Below, in pieces: positions 30,471 through 38,912 of a stretch of 64,000 nucleotides of DNA. The stretch lies in the NCBI GenBank assembly GCA_039586795.1, contig JBDHJS010000005.1, positions 67,096 to 131,095 of the forward strand. Direction: 5' to 3'. The position numbers and the translations under genes were made by a program. The notes under the pieces were generated by a model. It saw only the letters and a list, made by a program, of their open reading frames with translations. It did not search any database and had not been told where the DNA came from. How positions within the stretch are numbered: the stretch's first letter is position 1; each line of letters opens with the position of its first letter. The stretch is from Gemmatimonadota bacterium (GTDB lineage Bacteria; Gemmatimonadota; Gemmatimonadetes; Palauibacterales; KS3-K002).

Positions 30471-31742
30471 ATGAACCGGCTAGTTCCCGTAGTGCTCGGA
30501 CTGTGTCTTGCCGTCGCGTTGGCGATTCCCGCCGCTGCCTGGGCGCAGGACGATGTTACAACCGAGAAGCCCATCATCGAGATGTACCGTGAGAGCCCCG
30601 ATGCCATCCCGCTGGATCCCAGAGACCCGAGCCGCAATCTCACGGCGCTATTCCGAGATTGCTCGGAGGTGCAAGGTCGCGAACCGGGGCCAATCAACAT
30701 TCAGCGGGCGATCGGCGGCCTGGCGTATCAAGGCATTCCCACGTTCTTCCGCGCACCCGTGGCACTGTGTCCGCAGGACCTCGTCGCCGGCGAGGTCGAT
30801 GTGGCTATCATGGGCGCTTCGCAGGACATGTCGACGGGACAAAGGGGAACGGCGTACGGGCCACAAGCGGTTCGCACGGGTGAGGTCGTCGGAGCCTGGG
30901 GTGATCTCGTGCATCCGGCGCATCCCGCAGTGGGCGAGATCGACTTCTTGCATGTCCTGAACGTCGTCGACTATGGCGATGCTCCGGTGGACATCCTTTC
31001 CACTGAGCGGTCGATTCTGCCGGTGCACCAGATGGTCAAGGAGATCGCCGAGACCGGCGCCATCCCGGTAATCGTCGGCGGCGATCACTCGCTGATGTAT
31101 CCCGACGTCGTCGCGATCACCGACGTCTACGGTAAGGGAAACGTCGGGGTCATCCACTTCGATGCCCACTTCGATGGCATCCCGCTCCTCTTCGGTCACT
31201 ACCTGTCCCACGGCGCACCGGTGCGCCGGCTGATCGACGAGGGCCATGTCAACGGCAGGAACTTCGTTCAGATCGGACTCAATTCGCAGAAGCCCGGCGC
31301 CGCGGACATCGAGTGGATGCGCGAGAACCAGGTACGCTACCACTTCCTGGCCCAGATCGACCGTGACGGGTGGCCGGCGGTGATGGAGCAGGCGTTGGCC
31401 GAGGCGCTGGACGGCCCGGAAATGATCTTCATCTCCGTCGACACTGATGTCCTCGACCCTGCATGGGCCCCCGGCATGGGGACGCCCGAGCCTGGTGGTA
31501 TGACCCCCCGTGAGCTGTTCCCAATCCTCCGGGCGCTGGGAATACAGAACAAGGTCGTCGGCATCGAGCTGGTCGAGGTTAATCCCCTAACCGACCCGAC
31601 CTATCGCACGAAACAGGTCGCGGTCCGCATCCTCCGCGAGCTGCTCACCGGCGTCGCGATGCGTGAGCTGGGGATCACCGATCCGATGTATCTGGATCCG
31701 TTGTGGACGGACCATGATGTGCCAGTGGGGGGTGGGCGGTAG
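30471..31742 (+). CDS. Secreted agmatinase/ureohydrolase-family enzyme
   Basis: Signal peptide (AWA-Q); GGDHS, HFDAHFD, SHG, SVDTDVLDP, PGMGTPEPGG, ELVEVNP. Confidence 0.9.
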   Translation: MNRLVPVVLGLCLAVALAIPAAAWAQDDVTTEKPIIEMYRESPDAIPLDPRDPSRNLTALFRDCSEVQGREPGPINIQRAIGGLAYQGIPTFFRAPVALCPQDLVAGEVDVAIMGASQDMSTGQRGTAYGPQAVRTGEVVGAWGDLVHPAHPAVGEIDFLHVLNVVDYGDAPVDILSTERSILPVHQMVKEIAETGAIPVIVGGDHSLMYPDVVAITDVYGKGNVGVIHFDAHFDGIPLLFGHYLSHGAPVRRLIDEGHVNGRNFVQIGLNSQKPGAADIEWMRENQVRYHFLAQIDRDGWPAVMEQALAEALDGPEMIFISVDTDVLDPAWAPGMGTPEPGGMTPRELFPILRALGIQNKVVGIELVEVNPLTDPTYRTKQVAVRILRELLTGVAMRELGITDPMYLDPLWTDHDVPVGGGR

Positions 31743-31748
31743 TTAGTG

Positions 31749-31837
31749 GAGTAGACAAGTAGGCCAGTAGACGAGAGGTTCACGCTTCACTCGAATGGTC
31801 TCCGTGCCTACTCGTCTACTGGCCTACTCGTATACTC
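31749..31837. repeat. 27-bp inverted repeat built from octamer units, between convergent genes (possible terminator)
   Basis: gagtagacaagtaggccagtagacgag (31749-31775) vs ctcgtctactggcctactcgtatactc (31811-31837), 25/27 paired. Confidence 0.8.
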
Positions 31838-31847
31838 GTTTGTTCGT

Positions 31848-32939
31848 CTATTCGCTCCCATCAATAGGTATGAACACCCTCTGCCCCACCTCCAACCGCC
31901 TCGGGCGCACCCCTGGGTTAGCCGAACGAATCGCCGACAAATCCGATCCGTAGGCCTTCGCAAGCTTGGCCAGCGTATCGCCGCGTCGAACGGTGTGCTC
32001 GATGGCGCGGAGTCGTTCGTCGGCGGGGATCCGGGCGTAGTTGACGGCGAAGCTGGATCCGGTTCGCGCGGGTAAGCGGACGTAGTAGCTGTCGCCGGGG
32101 GGCGTCACACCGCGGATGAGTTGCGGGTTCAGCGCTTCGACCTCGGCGAGCTCGACGCCGGCGGCTTCGGCGATGACGCTCAGGCTGGTGGCGTCCGGCA
32201 CGCGGCCGACATCGTAACTCAGTATCGGGGCCGTTCTGACGTGGAAACCGTATTTGTCCGGCTGCTTCGCGATCAGCGCCGCGGCGATGAACTTGGGAAC
32301 GTAGTCCCGTGTCTCCTGGGCGAAGTAGCCGCGACGCACCAGCGTCCAGAAGTCGCGGCTGCCCGTGCGACGGATGGCGCGCCATACCCGGCGGCTGCCA
32401 CCGTTGTACGCGGCGGCGGCCAGGTACCAGTCGCCGAACTCTTCGTAGAGATCTTTCAGGTACGCGGCGGCCGCTCGTGTCGCCAGGATAGGGTCGCGTC
32501 GATCGTCGACCCATTCATCTATGCGCAGGCCGTAGCGGCGACCGGTGCTCTCGAGAAACTGCCAGAGGCCGACCGCATGCGCCCGGCTGTACGCGTTGGG
32601 GTCGTAGCCGCTCTCGATCATGGAGAGGTAGACGAGATCCTGCGGCAGACCGTGCTCGCGCATGATGGCGCGCATCGCTGGCTCGTAGCGGCCGGCCCTC
32701 GTGAGGTGCATCTGGAAGCTTCCTCGTCCGCGCCGTTGGTAGTAGACCAGCCAGCGGTCGACGGCGGCGTTGAATTCGATGGGGATATCCCAGGCTGGCC
32801 TGCTGTCAGCAGGCAGCGTACTGCCGCCGATTATGGCGCCCGGCACGGAGTCCGGAGTCAAATTTGCAGGTCCGTTCGTTGTGGCTAATATCAACGCCGC
32901 CAAGCAGCGCACTGCAATCATCGGATCCTCCCGATCCAA
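31848..32939 (-). CDS. MltD-like lytic transglycosylase with LysM domain
   Basis: MIESGYDP, AVGLWQF, AAYNGG, ETRDYVPK, C-terminal LysM HTVRRGDTL; start uncertain (32939 or 32921). Confidence 0.9.
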   Translation of the reverse strand: MDREDPMIAVRCLAALILATTNGPANLTPDSVPGAIIGGSTLPADSRPAWDIPIEFNAAVDRWLVYYQRRGRGSFQMHLTRAGRYEPAMRAIMREHGLPQDLVYLSMIESGYDPNAYSRAHAVGLWQFLESTGRRYGLRIDEWVDDRRDPILATRAAAAYLKDLYEEFGDWYLAAAAYNGGSRRVWRAIRRTGSRDFWTLVRRGYFAQETRDYVPKFIAAALIAKQPDKYGFHVRTAPILSYDVGRVPDATSLSVIAEAAGVELAEVEALNPQLIRGVTPPGDSYYVRLPARTGSSFAVNYARIPADERLRAIEHTVRRGDTLAKLAKAYGSDLSAIRSANPGVRPRRLEVGQRVFIPIDGSE

Positions 32940-32987
32940 CAGGCGCTACCCGGTGGGGCAAGCCGCATACCCGCCGGCTTTGTCCGT

Positions 32988-33016
32988 CGTAATACGTTGT
33001 AATTACAGAGGTTACG
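32988..33016. promoter_or_regulatory. AT-rich imperfect palindrome in divergent promoter region
   Basis: CGTAA-tacgt-TGTAATTACA-gagg-TTACG. Confidence 0.4.
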
Positions 33017-33170
33017 TTGATCGGCTAAGGTGACACGGAGCCCTGGCGGAGCCGGCCGGTTCGGTCAAAGCGACGGGGCCGGACGTTCTGACCTGCCTGG
33101 GGAAACTTCGCTAACAGATGGGCGTTTCATCTAGCTAGCAGGACAATCCGAGTGGAAAGAGCCGAGCGAG

Positions 33171-33698
33171 ATGGGAAGACGACATTTGCGAAAGGCGACC
33201 ACGGCATGGGTCGCGCTTGCCATGCTGACAGCTGCACCAGCCGCTGGCCAGGAGGCCCACGGAGATTCAAACGACGATCACTTCCACGCCAATCACGTGG
33301 CCGTGATGGCAGGCGGTATGACCCCGCTCGCCGAGACCAGCGAGACCTCGTTCGCGCTGGGGGCCGATATCGAACGGCGCTTCAATCCGACCTGGGGTTT
33401 CGGCATTGGAATCGATTTCACGTTCGGGGACCATAAGCGGGCGGCGGTCGTTGGCACCGGCGTGACCTATCGCCCGATACCCGACCTGAAGCTCGGCACC
33501 GGTCCCGGCTTCGAGGTGGTGGAGACGGACACCAGCTCGGGTGGGACGAAAAAGAAGCTCTACTTCATCTGGGGGTTTATTTTCGGCTACGACTTCCACG
33601 TCGGATCGCTATCCATTGGCCCCCTCGTCTTCCTCGACTTCGTGGGCGAAACGAAGACCAACATCACGTACGGCATCTCGGTGGGAACGGGGTTCTGA
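33171..33698 (+). CDS. Small outer-membrane beta-barrel-like protein with His/Asp-rich N-terminus
   Basis: Signal peptide, AHGDSNDDHFHANH, alternating beta strands, terminal Phe. Confidence 0.7.
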   Translation: MGRRHLRKATTAWVALAMLTAAPAAGQEAHGDSNDDHFHANHVAVMAGGMTPLAETSETSFALGADIERRFNPTWGFGIGIDFTFGDHKRAAVVGTGVTYRPIPDLKLGTGPGFEVVETDTSSGGTKKKLYFIWGFIFGYDFHVGSLSIGPLVFLDFVGETKTNITYGISVGTGF

Positions 33699-33701
33699 GA
33701 T

Positions 33702-33734
33702 CGGTGGAGGCGGTAGACGGTGGACGGTGGACGG
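33702..33734 (+). repeat. Heptamer repeat CGGT(G/A)GA x4, intergenic
   Basis: Units at 33702, 33711, 33718, 33725. Confidence 0.65.
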
Positions 33735-33762
33735 CGCGGGAGATGCCTGTCAGTATGCACTC

Positions 33763-34581
33763 ATGCGTGATCGGTTGAGACAATTCTGGGGGCGGGCCCC
33801 TGTGCTCGGCTCCCTCGCCGTAGGCGGGTCGCTGTTCCTGCTGGCTGCCGCCGTCCTCCCGGGACCCAAGGAACGCGTCGTCATCGATGCGCGCACGGTT
33901 CGGGCGGTGCTCGAGCAGCGCGCGAACGTGCTGGGGCGAGAGTTGTCGCCTGAGGAACGCGAAGCGGCGATCCAGGCGCACGTGGACGAGGAACTGCTGC
34001 TCCGCGAGGCCTACCGGCGCGGATTTCACCTCACCAACGGTACCGTCCGGCGTCGACTATTGGGGAAGATGCGGCTGGGGATGAACACCGAAATCCCGCA
34101 GCCGACGTTCGCTCAGCTCAGCGCCTACTTCAACGCGAACAGCGAACTGTATCAGGTCCCGGAGGCGATCACCTTCGCCCACGTCTTCTACGAGCGTGGA
34201 CGATCCGAGCCGATCGATGAGTCCGCGCTGTTAGAGGCGCTGGGGGCCGGCGTCGACTTCTCGACCCTGGGCGATCGATTCTGGCTGGGCCCGGTCCTCG
34301 CGCAAATCACCGAGGAGCGATTGGCCGGCACCCTCGGCAACGAGTTCGCCGAAGCGGTCTTCGGCCTCACGCCGGGCGCCTGGACCGGGCCGTTCGAGTC
34401 GAGTCGCGGCACCCATTACGTCTACATCGTCGAGCGCTACCCACCGACCCTTCCGGAGCTGGAGACCGTGGAGGAATTCGTGCGCCTCCACTGGCTGGAC
34501 GAGCGGCGACGCGAGATCACGGAGCGCAAGCTGGAGCGCATGATGACCCGCTACCGCATCGAGGTGGAGGGTCGCGAGTGA
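33763..34581 (+). CDS. PpiC-type peptidyl-prolyl isomerase-like protein
   Basis: DEELLLREAYRRG, TFAHVFY, FAEAVFGL, WTGPFESSRGTHYV. Confidence 0.82.
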   Translation: MRDRLRQFWGRAPVLGSLAVGGSLFLLAAAVLPGPKERVVIDARTVRAVLEQRANVLGRELSPEEREAAIQAHVDEELLLREAYRRGFHLTNGTVRRRLLGKMRLGMNTEIPQPTFAQLSAYFNANSELYQVPEAITFAHVFYERGRSEPIDESALLEALGAGVDFSTLGDRFWLGPVLAQITEERLAGTLGNEFAEAVFGLTPGAWTGPFESSRGTHYVYIVERYPPTLPELETVEEFVRLHWLDERRREITERKLERMMTRYRIEVEGRE

Positions 34582-35399
34582 GCGCGCTGCGATCGCAGCC
34601 TGCCGCCGGGCTCGCACTCCTATCGGTGCTGCTCTTCGTTGCCTACGCCAGCTTCTCGCCCGGGGAGTGGGGAACGATTCGAGTCACGCGGGAGACGGCG
34701 GACGCGATAGTCGCGAACCAGGAGGAACTGATCGGCCGACCGCTTTCGGCGGATGAGCGAGAGCAGGCGATCGACATCTTCATCGAGGAAGAAGTGTTGA
34801 TCCGCGAGGCATTCCGCCAGGGGCTCGACGTGGGTGACCGGCGAGTACGCCAGGCGTTGACCGCGGCGTCGCAGTATGCGCTCATCGACCCCAGCCTCGG
34901 TCCACCCGACCCGACACCGGAGCAGATCGCGGAGTACTTCGAGGCGAACCGGGAAGACTATCGCCTGCAGGAAGCGATCACCGTGGAGTATGTCTACTTC
35001 CTCACCGGGTCCCTCACACCCGAGCAGGAAGTGAAGGTGTTCGCCGAGCTGCGGGCCGGCCAGAACCCGGCTTCGGTTGGCGGTGGTCTGGGCCAGACTC
35101 AGACGGTGCGTGCCGTGACGCGCACAAGTCTCTCCACTTCGACGGGTCGGCAGTTCGCCGCCGCCGTGTTCGACCAGGAGCTGAGCGTCTGGGAAGGTCC
35201 GCTCCGGACATCACAGGGCGTCTACTACAATAGGATACACGAGCGCCGACCTTCGCGGATGCGGAGCCTGGAGGAAGTCGAGCACCTAGTACGGCAGGAT
35301 CTGGTCGCCGCGTACTACAGCGCCAGCCTGGACGCGGCACTGACCGGAATCAGGAAGCGCTACAACATCGAGGTCCAGGATCCGGGAGGCGCGCCGTGA
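34578..35399 (+). CDS. PpiC-type peptidyl-prolyl isomerase-like protein (paralog)
   Basis: EEEVLIREAFRQGLD, FAAAVFD, WEGPLRTSQG. Confidence 0.8.
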   Translation: MSALRSQPAAGLALLSVLLFVAYASFSPGEWGTIRVTRETADAIVANQEELIGRPLSADEREQAIDIFIEEEVLIREAFRQGLDVGDRRVRQALTAASQYALIDPSLGPPDPTPEQIAEYFEANREDYRLQEAITVEYVYFLTGSLTPEQEVKVFAELRAGQNPASVGGGLGQTQTVRAVTRTSLSTSTGRQFAAAVFDQELSVWEGPLRTSQGVYYNRIHERRPSRMRSLEEVEHLVRQDLVAAYYSASLDAALTGIRKRYNIEVQDPGGAP

Positions 35400-37609
35400 G
35401 AGTTTGGCTTCGCGCGGGTCCCGTCCTCGCCCTCACGGCAGCGCTCCTGGTCGCCGTCGGCGTTCTGCTCGCCGACACGATGTACGTTCCCCGGGTGGAG
35501 CTACGGGAAGAGGAGCGCGGACTCTACGTGCTGGACGCAGAAATGTCCCCCATGCTCGTGGGCACCGCGCGCCCTCCCATCGCTCCCGCCAGCTGCATCC
35601 CCGACCCCGAACCCGAGATAAACGAACGCGGGGCCGCGTTCCTCGTCCGCTATGTCCTCGACTGTCGGGAGCGGCCGCTGGGAGCTGGGGATGAGATCGA
35701 GCTACCGTGGAATCTGGACGGCATCCAGCTCACCGTCCGCTTTGTCGACGGGGAGGAGCGGCGCGGGTTGTTCGGTCGCGAGGCAGCCGGCGGCATCGTT
35801 ATCCGCTTCGACCTGATCCTGCCGCGTCGTGACGATCCAGCGCAGTTGACGCTCACTCACTTCAGTCTCGGGCTACGTCATTTCCTGACCGGTTGGGCAC
35901 ATCTGCTGCTGGTCATCGGCCTTGGCCTATTGTTGCCATTCAAGCGCCTGGCGCCCGCGCTCGCCGGGCTGGCCGGCGGACACGCGCTCTCCTTGGTACT
36001 GGCAGAACTGAGCGTGATAGGACTACCCACCGGCCCAGCGGAAGCATCGGTCGCCGCCGCAGTTGTGATCTTCGCCGCCCTGGCACTCCGTGAACGTCAA
36101 AGTCTTGCGGCGTTGGTTTTCGCGGCGGCTCTCCTCGGTGTCATTCATGGGTTGGGAATTGCGACTCGACTTTCCGGTGAGGGGCTCGCCGGGGGAAGCC
36201 TGTTGGTTGCTCTGTTCTCGACCAACCTCGCCATCGACCTCGCGGGGTTCGCGCTTGGTTTGATCGTCTCGACGGTCGCCACATTCATCGGAGAGAACCT
36301 CCGCAACCAGGGCACCGTAATCGCTCGAATCGCCGGAGTCGTGGGCGCCTTTCTCATGTTCTTCACGCTGGCCGCCGCAATCAGACCGAGCGGTCAGCTC
36401 ACCGAAGCCGAAGACGCTTATCTCGCGGTGGGAAGCGCGGCGGCGACCAGCGGACCATCCGGAGTACCCACCCAGCTGACCTCCACCGGTCAGCTCGCCC
36501 GCCCCTTCATGAGCTATCTGATCGTGGAGCCGTTCCAGGTTAGGCTCGAGGTATTGACGGCAGTGCAATCACTGGACGCGTGGCTCGACCTGCCGTCTGA
36601 CGTGTCCGGCGTCATCCCCGCGGAAGCCGGCGGCGCACTGGGTCGGCAGGTCGCCGAGCTGCTCGGATCAGAAACGCACTTGCTCATCGACGGGACGCCA
36701 GCCACCGCAACCGAACGACGCGCCGACTTCGTCGTCGTGGGCACGACGGGGGTGCTCACCCGCGAGACCCCGGTACCGGAGACCGTCGCCGATGCGATCC
36801 TCGGCGTCACGTTGCTGTACGAGACCGAGGGGATACCAGAGAGCGTCAGCGTGGAGTGGGGGTTGTTCACGGATGACGAGCCGCTGCCGATCACGGCCAC
36901 CGATCCGGCGGCCACCCTGGAATCCGAACTGAGCATCGCCCAGCCAACCCACGAGTGGCGCAACACGCTGGGCGAATATTCCCTGCCCTCCGTGGAATCG
37001 ATCGCCACGGGCAAGCCGCGGCTTCCCGTCGCTTCGTTGCTCCTCGCGTTCATCGCTGCGGTAGTGATCTTCGCGACGCGCAAATCCGAGAAGCGATCGC
37101 GGGGACGACGACTGGCCCTCGCCTGCCTGGTCGTCGGCTACCTGCTCTATCCCTTCGCTCGTGTCTCCGCCGAGATCCCATTGGTCTCGCAAGCGCGACT
37201 GAGCAAGGACCAGGCGGCCGACGTATTGGAACGCCTGCTTACCAACGTCTACCGCTCCTTCGACATCCACTCCGAAGAAGCGATCTACGACCGACTCGCC
37301 CTCACCGTCACCGGCGACCAGCTGCTGGAGGTCTATCTGGAGAGTCGGCAGGCGCTGGAGCTGGAGAATCGCGGAGGGGCCCGGGTTCGAATAGAAGAAG
37401 TCGTGGTGCGTGAGGTTCGCTCGGTGCGGCGGACCTCCGAGTCAGGCTACGCGATCGATCTTGTCTGGACGGTGGGCGGCTCGGTGAACCATTTCGGCCA
37501 CCAGCACTTCCGGCAGAACTGGTACGACGCCGTGATCCGCGTCGTCCCGGTGGAAGGCGTGTGGAAGATCGAAAGCGTAGACGTAGCCGAGGAGAAACGA
37601 CTGCTATGA
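35396..37609 (+). CDS. HupE/UreJ-family membrane protein with long C-terminal extension
   Basis: LGLRHFLTGWAHLL, GHALSL, GVIHGLG motifs; C-terminal LLTNVYRSFD...VGGSVNHFGHQHFRQN. Confidence 0.78.
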   Translation: MRVWLRAGPVLALTAALLVAVGVLLADTMYVPRVELREEERGLYVLDAEMSPMLVGTARPPIAPASCIPDPEPEINERGAAFLVRYVLDCRERPLGAGDEIELPWNLDGIQLTVRFVDGEERRGLFGREAAGGIVIRFDLILPRRDDPAQLTLTHFSLGLRHFLTGWAHLLLVIGLGLLLPFKRLAPALAGLAGGHALSLVLAELSVIGLPTGPAEASVAAAVVIFAALALRERQSLAALVFAAALLGVIHGLGIATRLSGEGLAGGSLLVALFSTNLAIDLAGFALGLIVSTVATFIGENLRNQGTVIARIAGVVGAFLMFFTLAAAIRPSGQLTEAEDAYLAVGSAAATSGPSGVPTQLTSTGQLARPFMSYLIVEPFQVRLEVLTAVQSLDAWLDLPSDVSGVIPAEAGGALGRQVAELLGSETHLLIDGTPATATERRADFVVVGTTGVLTRETPVPETVADAILGVTLLYETEGIPESVSVEWGLFTDDEPLPITATDPAATLESELSIAQPTHEWRNTLGEYSLPSVESIATGKPRLPVASLLLAFIAAVVIFATRKSEKRSRGRRLALACLVVGYLLYPFARVSAEIPLVSQARLSKDQAADVLERLLTNVYRSFDIHSEEAIYDRLALTVTGDQLLEVYLESRQALELENRGGARVRIEEVVVREVRSVRRTSESGYAIDLVWTVGGSVNHFGHQHFRQNWYDAVIRVVPVEGVWKIESVDVAEEKRLL

Positions 37610-38184
37610 TCGGAAAGGAGGCAGCCCTGAAGCACCGGGTCGTTCTGGCCGGAACTCTGGCTATTCTGGCTTGCGCCTCCGGTGCCCGGGCGCAGATCAG
37701 CGCGCCCGCCATCAACCGGGATGTCGACTTTCACAACTCCATCGGCGCCGGCGCGAGCGTAGGGAGCCCCTACCAGAGAGATGCGTACTTCTGGGGTCTC
37801 ACCGTAGACTACAATCGCGTGATCCACCTTCCCTGGTCGGTGTCCGCCTCCATCGCTTTCGACCAGGAGCATGAGCAGCCAGAGGCGGGCCCCAAGGCGG
37901 TGGTCAATTCTTTCACTTTCGTATTGACGATCAGCTGGAGCGCCGCCCGCTGGGTCACGCTGACCACCGGTCTGGGCAAGGGGTTTCTGGATGATGACAA
38001 CGCCGCCAACACGCTGGAATTTACCAGCGGGGACTGGGGCACCGGGCTCGCGGTTGGCCTCAGCCTTCCGGACCTGCCGTTCACACCGCGCGACGCATTC
38101 ACGTTAAGTGCCGCCTGGGAGTGGAACATCACGAAGAGCGAGCCCATCGTCTCCACCGACCTCGGGTTCAGCTGGAGTTTTTAG
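37606..38184 (+). CDS. Outer-membrane beta-barrel-like hypothetical protein
   Basis: Signal peptide, amphipathic strands, ends LGFSWSF; ATGA overlap with upstream gene. Confidence 0.7.
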   Translation: MIGKEAALKHRVVLAGTLAILACASGARAQISAPAINRDVDFHNSIGAGASVGSPYQRDAYFWGLTVDYNRVIHLPWSVSASIAFDQEHEQPEAGPKAVVNSFTFVLTISWSAARWVTLTTGLGKGFLDDDNAANTLEFTSGDWGTGLAVGLSLPDLPFTPRDAFTLSAAWEWNITKSEPIVSTDLGFSWSF

Positions 38185-38388
38185 CGAGATCGGTCGAGCG
38201 AGAATCGGCGACGAACGGCTCATGTCACCGCCGACCAACTGATCGAGGTTGACCTGGAGGCCGGCAACCCGCTGAAGCCTGAGAATCGCGGGGGAGCCCT
38301 ACTCCGTATAGAAGTAATAGTGGGGCCGAGCGCGTCGATGTGTCCGAGAAGAAGCGGTTGCTCTAGCTTGGAATTCCGAGGTACCGGT

Positions 38389-38907
38389 ATGGCAGATCAA
38401 CAGCAGTGGGTCGAACGAGTCTTCGAGTTCGAGTTTCCCGTCGATCGCTATCGGGAGCTGATCGAACGACTGGAGCGAACACCGGCACGTCTCGATGAGC
38501 TAACGAACGCGCTAGCCGTTCGCACGCTGGTGACGCGGCATGAGGGTGCGTGGTCGATCCAAGAGAACGTGGGCCATCTCCTCGATCTCGAGTCGCTATT
38601 CATGGGGCGATTAGACGACTACGACGCGGGCGCCGAGGAACTGCGACCCGCCGATATGACCAACCGAGCGACGGAAGCGGCGGGCCACAACGACCGTGAG
38701 ATCCACGATCTGTTGAAGGAGTTCGCCGAACAGCGCGGCAAACTGGTCAAGCGACTGAAGAAGTTGTCGGCTGATGCGTTCGCACGCTCCGCCTATCATC
38801 GCCGCCTGGACGTTCAGATGCGACTGGTCGACATGTGCCACTTCCAGGCCGAGCACGACGACCACCACATCGCCAAGATAGAGGTGCTGCGCGAGATTCT
38901 GAGCTAG
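38389..38907 (+). CDS. DinB-family protein
   Basis: WSIQENVGHLLDLE, AEHDDHH. Confidence 0.88.
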   Translation: MADQQQWVERVFEFEFPVDRYRELIERLERTPARLDELTNALAVRTLVTRHEGAWSIQENVGHLLDLESLFMGRLDDYDAGAEELRPADMTNRATEAAGHNDREIHDLLKEFAEQRGKLVKRLKKLSADAFARSAYHRRLDVQMRLVDMCHFQAEHDDHHIAKIEVLREILS

Positions 38908-38912
38908 CCCAC

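Noticed and set aside
38185..38388. Possible gene remnant or RNA in a 200-bp gap
   Set aside because: No convincing ORF, motif or stable structure recognised
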